Below, piece by piece: positions 8,548 to 17,266 of a stretch of 54,932 nt of DNA. A program made the position numbers and the translations under genes. This stretch comes from a virus (lineage: Duplodnaviria; Caudoviricetes): the IMG/VR virus record IMGVR_UViG_3300010413_000058, positions 1 to 54,932 of that record; one strand, 5' to 3'. Below the pieces are notes generated by a model that saw only the letters and a list, made by a program, of their open reading frames with translations, was not told where the DNA came from and did no database searches. How positions within the stretch are numbered: the first letter of the stretch is position 1; each line of letters starts with the position of its first letter.

Positions 8548-8560
8548 GGGTGGGAAATGA
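8459..8560 (+). CDS. Possible overlapping, highly basic 33-aa peptide MSKQAKRGRKSKKEQKKAKKRRMKKSRKGKGGK
   Basis: Stop overlaps the next ATG (ATGA 8557-8560); purine-rich upstream. Confidence 0.4.
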   Translation: MSKQAKRGRKSKKEQKKAKKRRMKKSRKGKGGK

Positions 8561-8715
8561 GGCCTCCCTCATGGATGGATCAGGGTAAATACTGCCTTCT
8601 CTACAAAGAGTGCGGATGGTTTAAGGTAGAACAATTCATCAAAGAAGGTAGCTGTCATCTGAGATTAAAATGCACAGGGACATGGCACAGTTGCCCTATG
8701 AGGAAAAGAAAATGA
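8557..8715 (+). CDS. Small Cys-rich protein (52 aa), absent from the ORF track
   Basis: MRPPSWMDQGKYCLLYKECGW...SCPMRKRK; ATGA coupling to the next gene. Confidence 0.55.
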   Translation: MRPPSWMDQGKYCLLYKECGWFKVEQFIKEGSCHLRLKCTGTWHSCPMRKRK

Positions 8716-8852
8716 GAACTCGATGCTGCAAGTGTGGAATTAAGTACAGTAAGAAAAAAGGTAAGGGTCTAACGTGGAGAGACAGATTTGAGAATGAACA
8801 CTGGACATGCGACAAGTGCGTCCCAAAATTAGGATGGAGACAGGGAAAATGA
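8712..8852 (+). CDS. Small zinc-finger protein
   Basis: MRTRCCKC...TCDKC; ATGA overlaps at both ends. Confidence 0.6.
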   Translation: MRTRCCKCGIKYSKKKGKGLTWRDRFENEHWTCDKCVPKLGWRQGK

Positions 8853-9121
8853 TAGAAATACAATACGCTAAATCTTCCTCGTTGAAGATTGAGCTAATAC
8901 GGTTTTTTAATAAAGGAAAATCGCAACTTGCCTTAGTCAAGTGCTCTTTACTTATAAATGGAATTCCTATTGCAGAAACCACTAAGGCTTTGGAAGCAGG
9001 TAGTACATTGGAATTTTCTAACCATCAAGCCGTTATGAATCAGATAAGTTACGAAGGATTGGAGCCTTTACTCGAAAACATCGAGAAGGTTAAAGGCCTG
9101 CTCTTACCTACAGGAGAATAA
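8849..9121 (+). CDS. Hypothetical protein
   Basis: ATGA-coupled start MIEIQY. Confidence 0.55.
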   Translation: MIEIQYAKSSSLKIELIRFFNKGKSQLALVKCSLLINGIPIAETTKALEAGSTLEFSNHQAVMNQISYEGLEPLLENIEKVKGLLLPTGE

Positions 9122-9150
9122 AGAAAATGATAACCAAAGGAGGTGATAGC

Positions 9151-9447
9151 ATGAAACTGAAAACCATCCTACCACTGCTAGTTATATTTGCTCTCGCAAT
9201 CCCCCTAAAGCCAACGAATTTGAAAGCAGATAGGGAATCCTATAAAGAGCACGTATTCGATGAGTTGAGGAAAGATATAGACAAGAGTCCATATTACTCC
9301 AGAAGAGAAAAAGCCGACATGAAAGTCAAACTATACGAGAAGATGTATGGAAAAGACGACTTCGAGATACCCCTTATTGCATGGTTGGGCATCATTCTGG
9401 CTATAATTGGGTGCAAGATTGCGATTAAATTAGGGAAACAAAAATGA
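9151..9447 (+). CDS. Membrane-anchored protein (signal peptide plus C-terminal TM helix)
   Basis: SD AAGGAGGTGA; MKLKTILPLLVIFALA; hydrophobic C-terminus followed by KLGKQK. Confidence 0.7.
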   Translation: MKLKTILPLLVIFALAIPLKPTNLKADRESYKEHVFDELRKDIDKSPYYSRREKADMKVKLYEKMYGKDDFEIPLIAWLGIILAIIGCKIAIKLGKQK

Positions 9448-9611
9448 AAGTGCCATTCGGGAAATTTAAAGGGTTAGACATAGAGGAAGTACCCTCTAGA
9501 TACCTCCTCTATCTGACGGAACAGGACTGGTTTAACGACAAGTTTGTGCAACTGTCGAATGAAGTGGTGAAAGAGTTGGAGTGGAGAGATAAATGGGACA
9601 AGCACATTTAA
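9444..9611 (+). CDS. Small protein with a PFGKxKG motif (DUF3820 / ExoX C-terminal-like), absent from the ORF track
   Basis: MKVPFGKFKGLDIEEVPSRYLLYL. Confidence 0.7.
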   Translation: MKVPFGKFKGLDIEEVPSRYLLYLTEQDWFNDKFVQLSNEVVKELEWRDKWDKHI

Positions 9612-9943
9612 CCATCACTATCCTTATCCCGCAATTTTATCCCCAGTGCTTTTTCGTAACTCTCAATCTTAGAATTAGGAATTTTTGCATTTTCACACAG
9701 ATCAGCCATAATAAGATTACCCAACATCAACCGTGCATTTATCATCTCTAATGTTCTGTTTAACTTCTCCCGAAACTCCTTCTGTTCCTTTGCTCTACGT
9801 GCAAGATTTTCCATGCAAACCTCGCATTGCTCCTTTGTTACGAACTTCTTCTCCATGCGGTGAGCATCCCAGAGCCTTGTGATACCAAAAGTTAACAGAA
9901 CTGACACTCCAACTGCCATTCCAACTGCTGTCGCAATTTCCAT
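9608..9943 (-). CDS. Membrane protein in the lysis region (N-terminal TM plus coiled coil)
   Basis: One TM helix, FVTKEQC motif, last gene of the late operon. Confidence 0.6.
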   Translation of the reverse strand: MEIATAVGMAVGVSVLLTFGITRLWDAHRMEKKFVTKEQCEVCMENLARRAKEQKEFREKLNRTLEMINARLMLGNLIMADLCENAKIPNSKIESYEKALGIKLRDKDSDG

Positions 9944-9954
9944 CTTCCCGAGCC

Positions 9955-10230
9955 CTATGATCTAGGCCGTGCTACAGCCCGAGTAACTTCATAGAGCCCA
10001 GTAGCAGCCGCACCTTGAACAAGTCCATACAAACTATAATCTACGATGTTTACTATAGTCCAAGGAAGCCCCTGATATGGAATAGCTAGTATCCCAAGCC
10101 CAAGTCCTGCCAAAAGGGCGATAAGAGACTTCCACCTATCCTGAACAGCGGGAGCAAATTTGAAAGCAATACTTAGGAATAGCATCAAGATGACAGGCAA
10201 CGCATATTTACCAAAAGTTACTTCGTCCAT
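9955..10230 (-). CDS. Putative holin
   Basis: 91 aa, three hydrophobic segments, GLVQGAAATGLYE, basic C-terminus. Confidence 0.75.
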   Translation of the reverse strand: MDEVTFGKYALPVILMLFLSIAFKFAPAVQDRWKSLIALLAGLGLGILAIPYQGLPWTIVNIVDYSLYGLVQGAAATGLYEVTRAVARPRS

Positions 10231-10242
10231 TACCCACCTCCT

Positions 10243-10419
10243 TTACTCTGGAACCTCAGGCAGTTTCTCGGAAGGACGCTTGAAGTGCTCCATTTTCACT
10301 GTAGCCCAATTAGCATCGATCACCGACTCATCCACCCCTGCCGTCTGTAGATACTGCAACACTAGCCCTATCATTGAAAACCCTAAACTTATTGCCATTT
10401 CCACTGCTTCATCTCCCAT
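10243..10419 (-). CDS. Small hypothetical protein (58 aa), absent from the ORF track
   Basis: SD AAGGAG; MGDEAVEMAISLGFSMIGLVLQYL...; fills the gap exactly. Confidence 0.65.
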   Translation of the reverse strand: MGDEAVEMAISLGFSMIGLVLQYLQTAGVDESVIDANWATVKMEHFKRPSEKLPEVPE

Positions 10420-10431
10420 AGTTGTACTCCT

Positions 10432-10782
10432 TTACATTGGGTACACCCCGAGTTGGTTCAAAAACATTATGAGTTCACTTTCGAGGTTGGGTGGGACTTG
10501 CCCGTCTAGCTCCACAACAGGTATAAGAGATTGAATAGTCTTGTCCAACCCTACTAGAGCCACTCTCTTCTGCCTGAGATACTCTTTTTGTCCTTCAGTG
10601 AGATCAGGTCTCACCACAGACACCATATACTTGTCGTACTCGGCTTTGTAGACGTTCATGGCGTAGGTCATCTTCTTCTTAGCTGACCAAGTAGTGAAGG
10701 GCTGCTCCTTTGCCTGTTGAAACGCAGCACACCCAACCACAAAAATAAGAATCAATAACAGCGAAACCCTTTTTCTCAACAT
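10432..10782 (-). CDS. Lipoprotein (possible spanin-like lysis accessory)
   Basis: MLRKRVSLLLILIFVVGC lipobox; SD AAGGAGGTGA. Confidence 0.65.
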   Translation of the reverse strand: MLRKRVSLLLILIFVVGCAAFQQAKEQPFTTWSAKKKMTYAMNVYKAEYDKYMVSVVRPDLTEGQKEYLRQKRVALVGLDKTIQSLIPVVELDGQVPPNLESELIMFLNQLGVYPM

Positions 10783-10787
10783 ACCTC

Positions 10788-11132
10788 TCACCTCCTTCTG
10801 ATTGTCCTCGAATCATGCACCTGATAGTGTAAGTGCAAACCCTGCCCTGTATCGTGAAAGATGCAAACTTTCTTATCAAGGCGAGTAGGGTCGTAAATCC
10901 ACCTATCATTCATCTTTCTCTCTATCTCATTCCCTAAACTCAATATATGACACCCCTCATCGATGCCCCTTAGAGGGATGACTTCGTGGACGCTAGAAGG
11001 AGGTCCATCTGGAATGCGATACAAACTCGTTATCCGCCCAATGTAATCAGGGAACTCTATGGCCCGATCCATCATCAAATTAATCATATCTCTGTGGATA
11101 AACTTGAGATTGTATAAATCTATCAACCACAT
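10788..11132 (-). CDS. Putative endolysin, peptidase M15-like Zn peptidase
   Basis: ITSLYR...SVH...RGID...HLHYQV; adjacent to the holin and lipoprotein. Confidence 0.65.
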   Translation of the reverse strand: MWLIDLYNLKFIHRDMINLMMDRAIEFPDYIGRITSLYRIPDGPPSSVHEVIPLRGIDEGCHILSLGNEIERKMNDRWIYDPTRLDKKVCIFHDTGQGLHLHYQVHDSRTIRRR

Positions 11133-11135
11133 AAA

Positions 11136-11291
11136 TCACCTCTTCTGTAAGAGTTTCCTCAAAAAGGGTTGCCAAACACATCTCTCATATATGTAAAAGC
11201 ACAAACAATACCAGAGATTGCCCCTCCTACATTCACCCCATCTGCACCATATATGCATAGGGTGGAGTCTGTGCTGAAGCCAACTTTTCAT
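11136..11291 (-). CDS. Small hypothetical protein
   Basis: MKSWLQHRLHPMHIWCR...; fills the gap. Confidence 0.5.
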   Translation of the reverse strand: MKSWLQHRLHPMHIWCRWGECRRGNLWYCLCFYIYERCVWQPFLRKLLQKR

Positions 11292-11308
11292 CACAAAACC
11301 CGACAGTG

Positions 11309-11608
11309 TTAAGCTGTAGCTGGATCGTAAATCCATCTATAGAATTCCTCTCCATAACCCTTAAAACCCCCCGGCAGTTCAGTATAGCCCTGAAAACACC
11401 ACAGTCCTCCTTGATCAAAATCTTCTGCTAGGGTAAAGTATTGGGCTTTGGTTGTTTCGACGACGTTGGCGTTCCCAGCCGAAGGGAACACTCCTGTTGT
11501 CCCATCAGGTTTCCTGTAATTTATTTTTAAGACATCTGGAGCACCTAAGGTCACATTCAGATTGGCTTTGATTTCAACATCCACTTGACCAACATATATT
11601 TTCCCCAT
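11309..11608 (-). CDS. BppU-like small tail/baseplate-associated beta protein
   Basis: KIYVGQ...INYRKPDGT...QYFT...DFDQGGLW.FQGY pattern. Confidence 0.55.
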   Translation of the reverse strand: MGKIYVGQVDVEIKANLNVTLGAPDVLKINYRKPDGTTGVFPSAGNANVVETTKAQYFTLAEDFDQGGLWCFQGYTELPGGFKGYGEEFYRWIYDPATA

Positions 11609-11620
11609 CCCTACTTCTCC

Positions 11621-13825
11621 CTAATTTAACCGAGAATCCCCTTCTAATGTTACTGAACTCTCACTATCTCCGTCAATATCTGTTTCAACTAAACTGTCCT
11701 GAATAAGAGACATAGTTAATTCAGTGTCTCCAAGAAGTTGCTCAATAATCCTCCTAACTGTCAAGCTTACATACTCTGTCAAAATCATCCCGTCTAGAGG
11801 ACCGACAGCTTGAAGAATATTAGACCTCATTATAACATGTTCACGTATTCTGGCAGAGTCTACTACTGTCAGCGGGAGAAAATGAGAGAACAAATAGACT
11901 GAGGCAAGATCGGCGATAACTGACCGATCTAACCCCGTAGCATTCACTTGAGCAAGCAGAACTGAAGCCTGTTCCTTTACAGCTAAAGCCTCTTTTATAG
12001 AAAAATTCAACGCCCCTATAACCACAGAGACAGCTTCACTCACCCTTGCTGCATCAAAAACATCCTTATGTAACTGTTTGATAACCAACGATACCAGTTC
12101 TTTTATTCTCTTCCTGTCTGAAACATTCCCATAAAGTACCCCAGGTTCAACACGAAGTACGTTTATTGTCTCTTTAATAGCTGCCAGATCAACAACCGAA
12201 ACATTCAACTGAGAGTACAGTAATTCGACAACCTCTTTCACCGAAACGAGATCCAAAGCAGAGATATGCAACCTATCTATTAACGCCGTGACACTCTCTC
12301 TGACAGTCAAGGTATCGAGGGTCTGGATAGCAACCGTTGTAGTTATATTGATAAACTCTGATATGCTGAGAGTGTCTGACTCGGAAACATTGAATTGGCG
12401 TAGCAGAATATCTATGTATTCAGAGATAACCGCCCTATCAAGAGCCGATGAATAATTAATGAGGGTCATCTGGATCAGTTCTTTGACTGATGCCTTGTCT
12501 ATGGCTTGCGCCTGCAGGAATAGAGCGGCGGCTACATTGACATAGACATACTCAGCTAAGGTCAGCTTGTCGGCTGCTGGGGAAAGATGCAATCTATCAA
12601 TAATGAGGGTGACAAGTTCGGTTACAGTTAAATCATCTGAAGGAGAAAGCTGGAGTTGTTTGAGTAGCATGGCGACTTTATCGGTCACAGTTAACTTGTC
12701 AGTCGCAATTACATACCCAGCCTTTAACAGCAGCATTTGGATAGTTTCTTTGATTATGCTGGCATCGAATACAGGCCTCTTCAGAGCTGGAATAAGGAGA
12801 TTGATATACTCACTCACCTCTGTCATATCCGTGACATCGATATGGAGTACATTGAGGAGCATCGTGACAGCTTCAATTATCCCAGCCTCATCCGCCACCG
12901 TAATATGCAATTTATCTATCAGAGTGGTAACGGCTTCTTGGATAGTTGCACTGTCGGCCACCAATCTCTTTAGCTCTGGGATTCTATCAGCTAGAGTTTC
13001 GGCCATCCCAAGAGAGTCAGAAACCCGTATGCCAAGAACAGGAAGCAGAACGGAAATATTTTCCAGAATATTAGCCTTATCTGAAACATCCATGGTAAAT
13101 TCAGGAATAGCGGAGAGAAATACCGTAACTGCTTCCTTTATAGTCGCCGCATCATATACATCAATCAGATTCCCAAATGTTATAGACCATAAATCAGCAG
13201 AAATTGTGTACGTCCCCACCGCCTTAATGACATTAACTAATTCTTTGATAGTGGAGGCGTCTTGAACTTGGCGAAGCAGAGTCGGTATTCGTTTAACTAA
13301 CTCTTCGTTACTGGCGAGCTTGTCGGCTACATTGATGAAGAGTTCAGCAACGGCGGAAGGAGATGCTTCGACATACTCTTTAACCGTCGCCTTATCCGAG
13401 ACATTAATGTGGAGTGTTGTTATGATAACGGATAAGGCTTCTGCAACTCTGTAAGCGTCGCTGACATTGATGTTGAGCTTATCAACCAAGAGCGACACCA
13501 CATCTTCAATCGTACCCTTATCGCTCACCAACCGCTTCAATTCAGGGAGAAGGTCAGATGTGGTATCAACAACCCCAAAAGAATCAGTTACATTTAGAGA
13601 TAGGATAGGGGTAAAGGCAAGGCGATCTAAATACTCTTCAACATTCAATTTGTCGGAAGCATCGATGAAAAGGATAGAAAGAAATGGGGAGACACTTTGG
13701 TACTCTTTTACCCGAGCACTATCGACGACGTTCAGATAATAGACAGGAACTCGCTCACTATCACTCTCAGCAGCCTTGAACTTGTCGCTGACATTGATAT
13801 TCAGTTGTCTAATTCTAATAGACAT
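11621..13825 (-). CDS. Long repeat protein (about 24-aa repeats L.I.VSD...V.E.V), putative fibre or surface protein
   Basis: Recurrent INVSDK/VxExV units throughout 734 aa. Confidence 0.7.
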   Translation of the reverse strand: MSIRIRQLNINVSDKFKAAESDSERVPVYYLNVVDSARVKEYQSVSPFLSILFIDASDKLNVEEYLDRLAFTPILSLNVTDSFGVVDTTSDLLPELKRLVSDKGTIEDVVSLLVDKLNINVSDAYRVAEALSVIITTLHINVSDKATVKEYVEASPSAVAELFINVADKLASNEELVKRIPTLLRQVQDASTIKELVNVIKAVGTYTISADLWSITFGNLIDVYDAATIKEAVTVFLSAIPEFTMDVSDKANILENISVLLPVLGIRVSDSLGMAETLADRIPELKRLVADSATIQEAVTTLIDKLHITVADEAGIIEAVTMLLNVLHIDVTDMTEVSEYINLLIPALKRPVFDASIIKETIQMLLLKAGYVIATDKLTVTDKVAMLLKQLQLSPSDDLTVTELVTLIIDRLHLSPAADKLTLAEYVYVNVAAALFLQAQAIDKASVKELIQMTLINYSSALDRAVISEYIDILLRQFNVSESDTLSISEFINITTTVAIQTLDTLTVRESVTALIDRLHISALDLVSVKEVVELLYSQLNVSVVDLAAIKETINVLRVEPGVLYGNVSDRKRIKELVSLVIKQLHKDVFDAARVSEAVSVVIGALNFSIKEALAVKEQASVLLAQVNATGLDRSVIADLASVYLFSHFLPLTVVDSARIREHVIMRSNILQAVGPLDGMILTEYVSLTVRRIIEQLLGDTELTMSLIQDSLVETDIDGDSESSVTLEGDSRLN

Positions 13826-13837
13826 GAGAGTGCTACC

Positions 13838-14095
13838 TTAATTCGTCTGGACGTTCACCCCTGAATCTCCCTCAATTACTACCCTATTCTTTCCAAGAAT
13901 ACTGAGAAGTGCCCGCTGAAAATCCTCAGCGACTCCAAGTCTAGTTATCAAATCAACGGCAAGTTGGGCAGTTTGGATTCTATTCAGTCCAAATCTATGC
14001 ATCAATTTTTGGTCACACTTAGGGCATCGAATTGTAAACTCAATATACACCCTGTCGCCTTCACTTCCAACATTGTAGTAATGTTTGTCTGTCAT
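13838..14095 (-). CDS. Hypothetical protein with CPKC
   Basis: ATGA coupling to the upstream gene. Confidence 0.55.
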   Translation of the reverse strand: MTDKHYYNVGSEGDRVYIEFTIRCPKCDQKLMHRFGLNRIQTAQLAVDLITRLGVAEDFQRALLSILGKNRVVIEGDSGVNVQTN

Positions 14096-14934
14096 TTGTA
14101 TTGCTCCTCTTCTCCATGAGCAGGATACTGAATCCCATTCATGTCAATGTGCTTGCAGAAAACACTGGTATCACAGAGAAAGGGGTATCGCTTGCGGTGC
14201 AAATTAGGGTAACCTGCTTTCTTCAGATACCCACCTGCCATAACTTTGTCGTACCATGGCAAGTCTTCTGTACCTCTAAATTTCCCGATAACTTTCCCCG
14301 TCTCTGGATCTATTTTCTGATAGCTTGGTGTTTCAAATATCTTCTTAATCCTATGGCCTGGTCTAGGTTCGTAGTGCTCTACATCTTCACTCATAATCTT
14401 CAGCAAGTCAACTTTGATCATGTGGCACCCTAGACCCATCCCATCACACCAGACTTCCTCACCTATTTTAAACTTGTTGTAGAATGTGGTTCCTCTCCCT
14501 CTATAAACAAGAGGTTCGGCTGGATAGGATTTAGTAAAATAAAGACCTCCCCAAATAGGAACTTTATCTTCTATAACCCTCCAATTCCATTTGATGAGAA
14601 CATCAGGAGGAAGGAGAACATCGTGATCGACGAAAAACAACCACTCATAGCCATCCCTAATAGCCTTGTCAGCTATTATGTTTCTTGCATCTGCTACTGG
14701 AAACCCCAGAGGATGATACGTCGGCAGACCCCAAGCATACATTCCCTGAGACCAATTTGTGGGGGTTATGAGACCTTGTTGAGACCAATGCCATTCCGAT
14801 CTGATAACCCCAGTCATCGGAATTCCGAACATGATCCGTCTCGTCAATGGTTCTAGTGTTACAGGATGAGGTTCTCCTAGCAAAGGATTGCCTGAATTGT
14901 CTACGCTAATCTTAGGTGTCTTTGGATTTTTCAT
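14092..14934 (-). CDS. GT-A fold glycosyltransferase-like protein
   Basis: IMFGIP, ADARNII, WLFFVDHDV (DxD), GMGLGCHMIK, TEDLPW, CDTSVFCKHID. Confidence 0.75.
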   Translation of the reverse strand: MKNPKTPKISVDNSGNPLLGEPHPVTLEPLTRRIMFGIPMTGVIRSEWHWSQQGLITPTNWSQGMYAWGLPTYHPLGFPVADARNIIADKAIRDGYEWLFFVDHDVLLPPDVLIKWNWRVIEDKVPIWGGLYFTKSYPAEPLVYRGRGTTFYNKFKIGEEVWCDGMGLGCHMIKVDLLKIMSEDVEHYEPRPGHRIKKIFETPSYQKIDPETGKVIGKFRGTEDLPWYDKVMAGGYLKKAGYPNLHRKRYPFLCDTSVFCKHIDMNGIQYPAHGEEEQYK

Positions 14935-15238
14935 CTCTAAAAATCCTCTCTATCCAATCATCTGGTAATGCAGAGATCGGTCCGTGTAGAGATTGACATC
15001 CGGGTACGGAGGTGGACATAGCAGGCCACTCGAATATATTCCCACAAGTCCTGCAAATATACTTGACAAATTTCAACCTGTACCCTTTAACTACTTTAAC
15101 ATCTCCATATTGAACTACACAGGGTTCGTATCCTGGAGGACACTTCTCATAATAAGGATTAGCATCTGAAATCTTTATCTCATATTTCATCTCCGAATCA
15201 GTCAACCCATAATAATCGTTGTATTTTACATCACACAT
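14912..15238 (-). CDS. Hypothetical zinc-ribbon protein
   Basis: YICRTCGNIFEW...PGC. Confidence 0.5.
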   Translation of the reverse strand: MCDVKYNDYYGLTDSEMKYEIKISDANPYYEKCPPGYEPCVVQYGDVKVVKGYRLKFVKYICRTCGNIFEWPAMSTSVPGCQSLHGPISALPDDWIERIFRDEKSKDT

Positions 15239-15863
15239 CTTTTTTCACCTCTTCTACCTTCTCCAGCACAACCTCTAGGTCCCCGTCAGAAGCATAGGTG
15301 GGAAACTTCTTATCAATGTGCCAAGGTTTAGGTTTGTAAATCTCCCACAAAGGAAATCGTGGGTCAAAATACTGCCACGTATATTCATTTGCGGGGTTGC
15401 AGTGAGTTGGATCTTGGACGAATCTGTGATTGCACCCGTATGGCATAGATATTGCCAACTGCCCACCAACTCTAGCAATTCTCCACACCTCATTCATCCA
15501 ATCAATGACAAACCATGGTTTGATATGCTCAAAAACATGGCTTGCGACTATAGTTATACAGCACCCATCGGGGAGGGGCCATGGAAATATCTCCATGTCC
15601 CAAACGATGTCAACTCCTGGGAGGGCTCGAATGTCCAGATTGACAAAATTGGGCATAATATTTGATCCACACCCAACATTCAACAATATCCCGCCCTTTT
15701 CCTCGATGACTGCTTGCACTTTTTTCGTCGAAAGGTCCGCAACATCGGACCTCTGTTGTTTACCATGCACAGGGCACTCCTTTGCTTCCACTAGATCGCA
15801 AAAGCAATCGTGGTTGTTAAGCTGAAGTTGTCTGGATTTGCCACTCATAAGTAAATTGTACAT
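15231..15863 (-). CDS. Class I SAM-dependent methyltransferase (start uncertain)
   Basis: LNVGCG, NLDI..LPGVDIVWD, ASHVFEHI, EVWRI...GG, QDPTH. Confidence 0.85.
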   Translation of the reverse strand: MYNLLMSGKSRQLQLNNHDCFCDLVEAKECPVHGKQQRSDVADLSTKKVQAVIEEKGGILLNVGCGSNIMPNFVNLDIRALPGVDIVWDMEIFPWPLPDGCCITIVASHVFEHIKPWFVIDWMNEVWRIARVGGQLAISMPYGCNHRFVQDPTHCNPANEYTWQYFDPRFPLWEIYKPKPWHIDKKFPTYASDGDLEVVLEKVEEVKKDV

Positions 15864-16320
15864 CCTGATTTGTATCCACAGTGCTCACGCCATAAGTCTG
15901 ACCACAAGCCAGAGACATTGCACCTCCAGTCGTCGAATACAGACCAATGTTCTGTATAGCGTGGGTGGTTGTGACGAAGTTCTGAGAACTGTCAAACGTG
16001 CCATACCATCTCATTGTGATGGCAGTGCTGGCGGTGAGAGTTGATCTGCTCACACTCTCATAGGAACTGTCACTATTGTCAGTGATCTCCCCCGGTAATC
16101 TGGTGGAGTTAGTGGCTGGTTCAGTCCCAGTTCCCAACTGTGCATAGTTGACTATCTGAGAACCAGCGTCAGCAGCCAACACTCTCACAAGAAAGTCCGA
16201 AAGGCCGGTTTGGGTGATCCGATTTGACCCCTTCAAACCGCTATCACCCACGACTTTGCCATCCTGTAGAATCTTTACTCTGGCAAAACCTCTGATTGAA
16301 AACACTTGAGCCTGTTCCAT
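15817..16320 (-). CDS. Putative virion/tail-associated beta protein
   Basis: NRIT..G...LGTGT.P....T.L..EI and IQNIGLY pattern typical of phage tail-collar-type proteins. Confidence 0.55.
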   Translation of the reverse strand: MEQAQVFSIRGFARVKILQDGKVVGDSGLKGSNRITQTGLSDFLVRVLAADAGSQIVNYAQLGTGTEPATNSTRLPGEITDNSDSSYESVSRSTLTASTAITMRWYGTFDSSQNFVTTTHAIQNIGLYSTTGGAMSLACGQTYGVSTVDTNQDVQFTYEWQIQTTSA

Positions 16321-16336
16321 CTTCTTACACCTCCTT

Positions 16337-16945
16337 TTAGTCTAGGGTTTCTTTGTTCCTAAACTTGTCACTAACATTTATTGACAACGCCGCCACTGAG
16401 GCAATCGTAAGTTGAGCAGCAGCAGCAGAGGATCTTATGCTATATGTTATATTGTAAAAATAGAACGTGTATTGTATTCCTGGCACAGCATTATCCGTAT
16501 CTAAAGCCCAAAAAAATTCTCGCCATTGTTCGCTACCGCAAGCGATGGTGCCTGCATCTGGTAGATTCTTATCCTCTTTATTATAGTTGCTACCTAAATA
16601 TCCGCTTGCACAGGCAGCTCCACTTGGATCGTTAAGTCTCATTCCAACTGCGTCAGCCTGATCATCATTGAATTGGGTCGTAGTTCCAGGGCTAATCTCA
16701 TTAGCAGCATCCACATCTATGTAGGTACCGAGGTTGTTCGACTTCTCATACTGCAACTTAAACTGGGCACTATTGTAAGTCTTGTTACATCCAGGAGCAC
16801 CTATACCTGACCAGACAGCCATACCAAGAATGAATGGGCTTCCTTTCGTCCAATTAGCAACATCAGCGTCAATCGCACCTTGCGCCACAAAACTATCGTT
16901 ATAGATCCTGCTAGAGCCTATTGCATCATAATCAGAATTTGACAT
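16337..16945 (-). CDS. Putative virion-associated protein ending in one copy of the INVSDK repeat
   Basis: C-terminus ALSINVSDKFRNKE resembles the N-terminus LNINVSDKFKAAE of 11621-13825. Confidence 0.6.
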   Translation of the reverse strand: MSNSDYDAIGSSRIYNDSFVAQGAIDADVANWTKGSPFILGMAVWSGIGAPGCNKTYNSAQFKLQYEKSNNLGTYIDVDAANEISPGTTTQFNDDQADAVGMRLNDPSGAACASGYLGSNYNKEDKNLPDAGTIACGSEQWREFFWALDTDNAVPGIQYTFYFYNITYSIRSSAAAAQLTIASVAALSINVSDKFRNKETLD

Positions 16946-17266
16946 TTATTCCTGCTTTCTATATTCAATGATGCAGTTTTCGTCACTAACTGGGTCTTCT
17001 CCTAAACACCTCAATGGAAGCATGGAACCAGCAGTACATTCCCACTCCTCACCATTCTTCCTGAGCTTCACACAGTTTCCCTCATCATCGTGACCGAATG
17101 GGGCAGCCTTCCACATATCCATACAGCAAGCTCCGCACTTGTTGCACCTCACGGATTTAATATAAACGGGTTGGTCTTTGCCTGGCTCCTTATAAGCAAC
17201 CAACTCAGTGTTAGCATAAACCTTAACATAAGCGTCTTCAGCCCAATCTGGTATATCTATTTTCAC
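16946..17266 (-). CDS. CxxCGxCC (YkgJ-like) metal/Fe-S-binding protein
   Basis: CNKCGACC...C..L...EC...PLRC. Confidence 0.6.
   Translation of the reverse strand: MKIDIPDWAEDAYVKVYANTELVAYKEPGKDQPVYIKSVRCNKCGACCMDMWKAAPFGHDDEGNCVKLRKNGEEWECTAGSMLPLRCLGEDPVSDENCIIEYRKQE

Noticed and set aside
12567-13265. Long + strand ORFs opposite structural genes (e.g. 12567-13265, 37288-37821, 52229-52774) and - strand ORFs 775-1350 and 7343-7888
   Set aside because: Antisense shadows of well-supported genes, with no RBS or recognisable motifs
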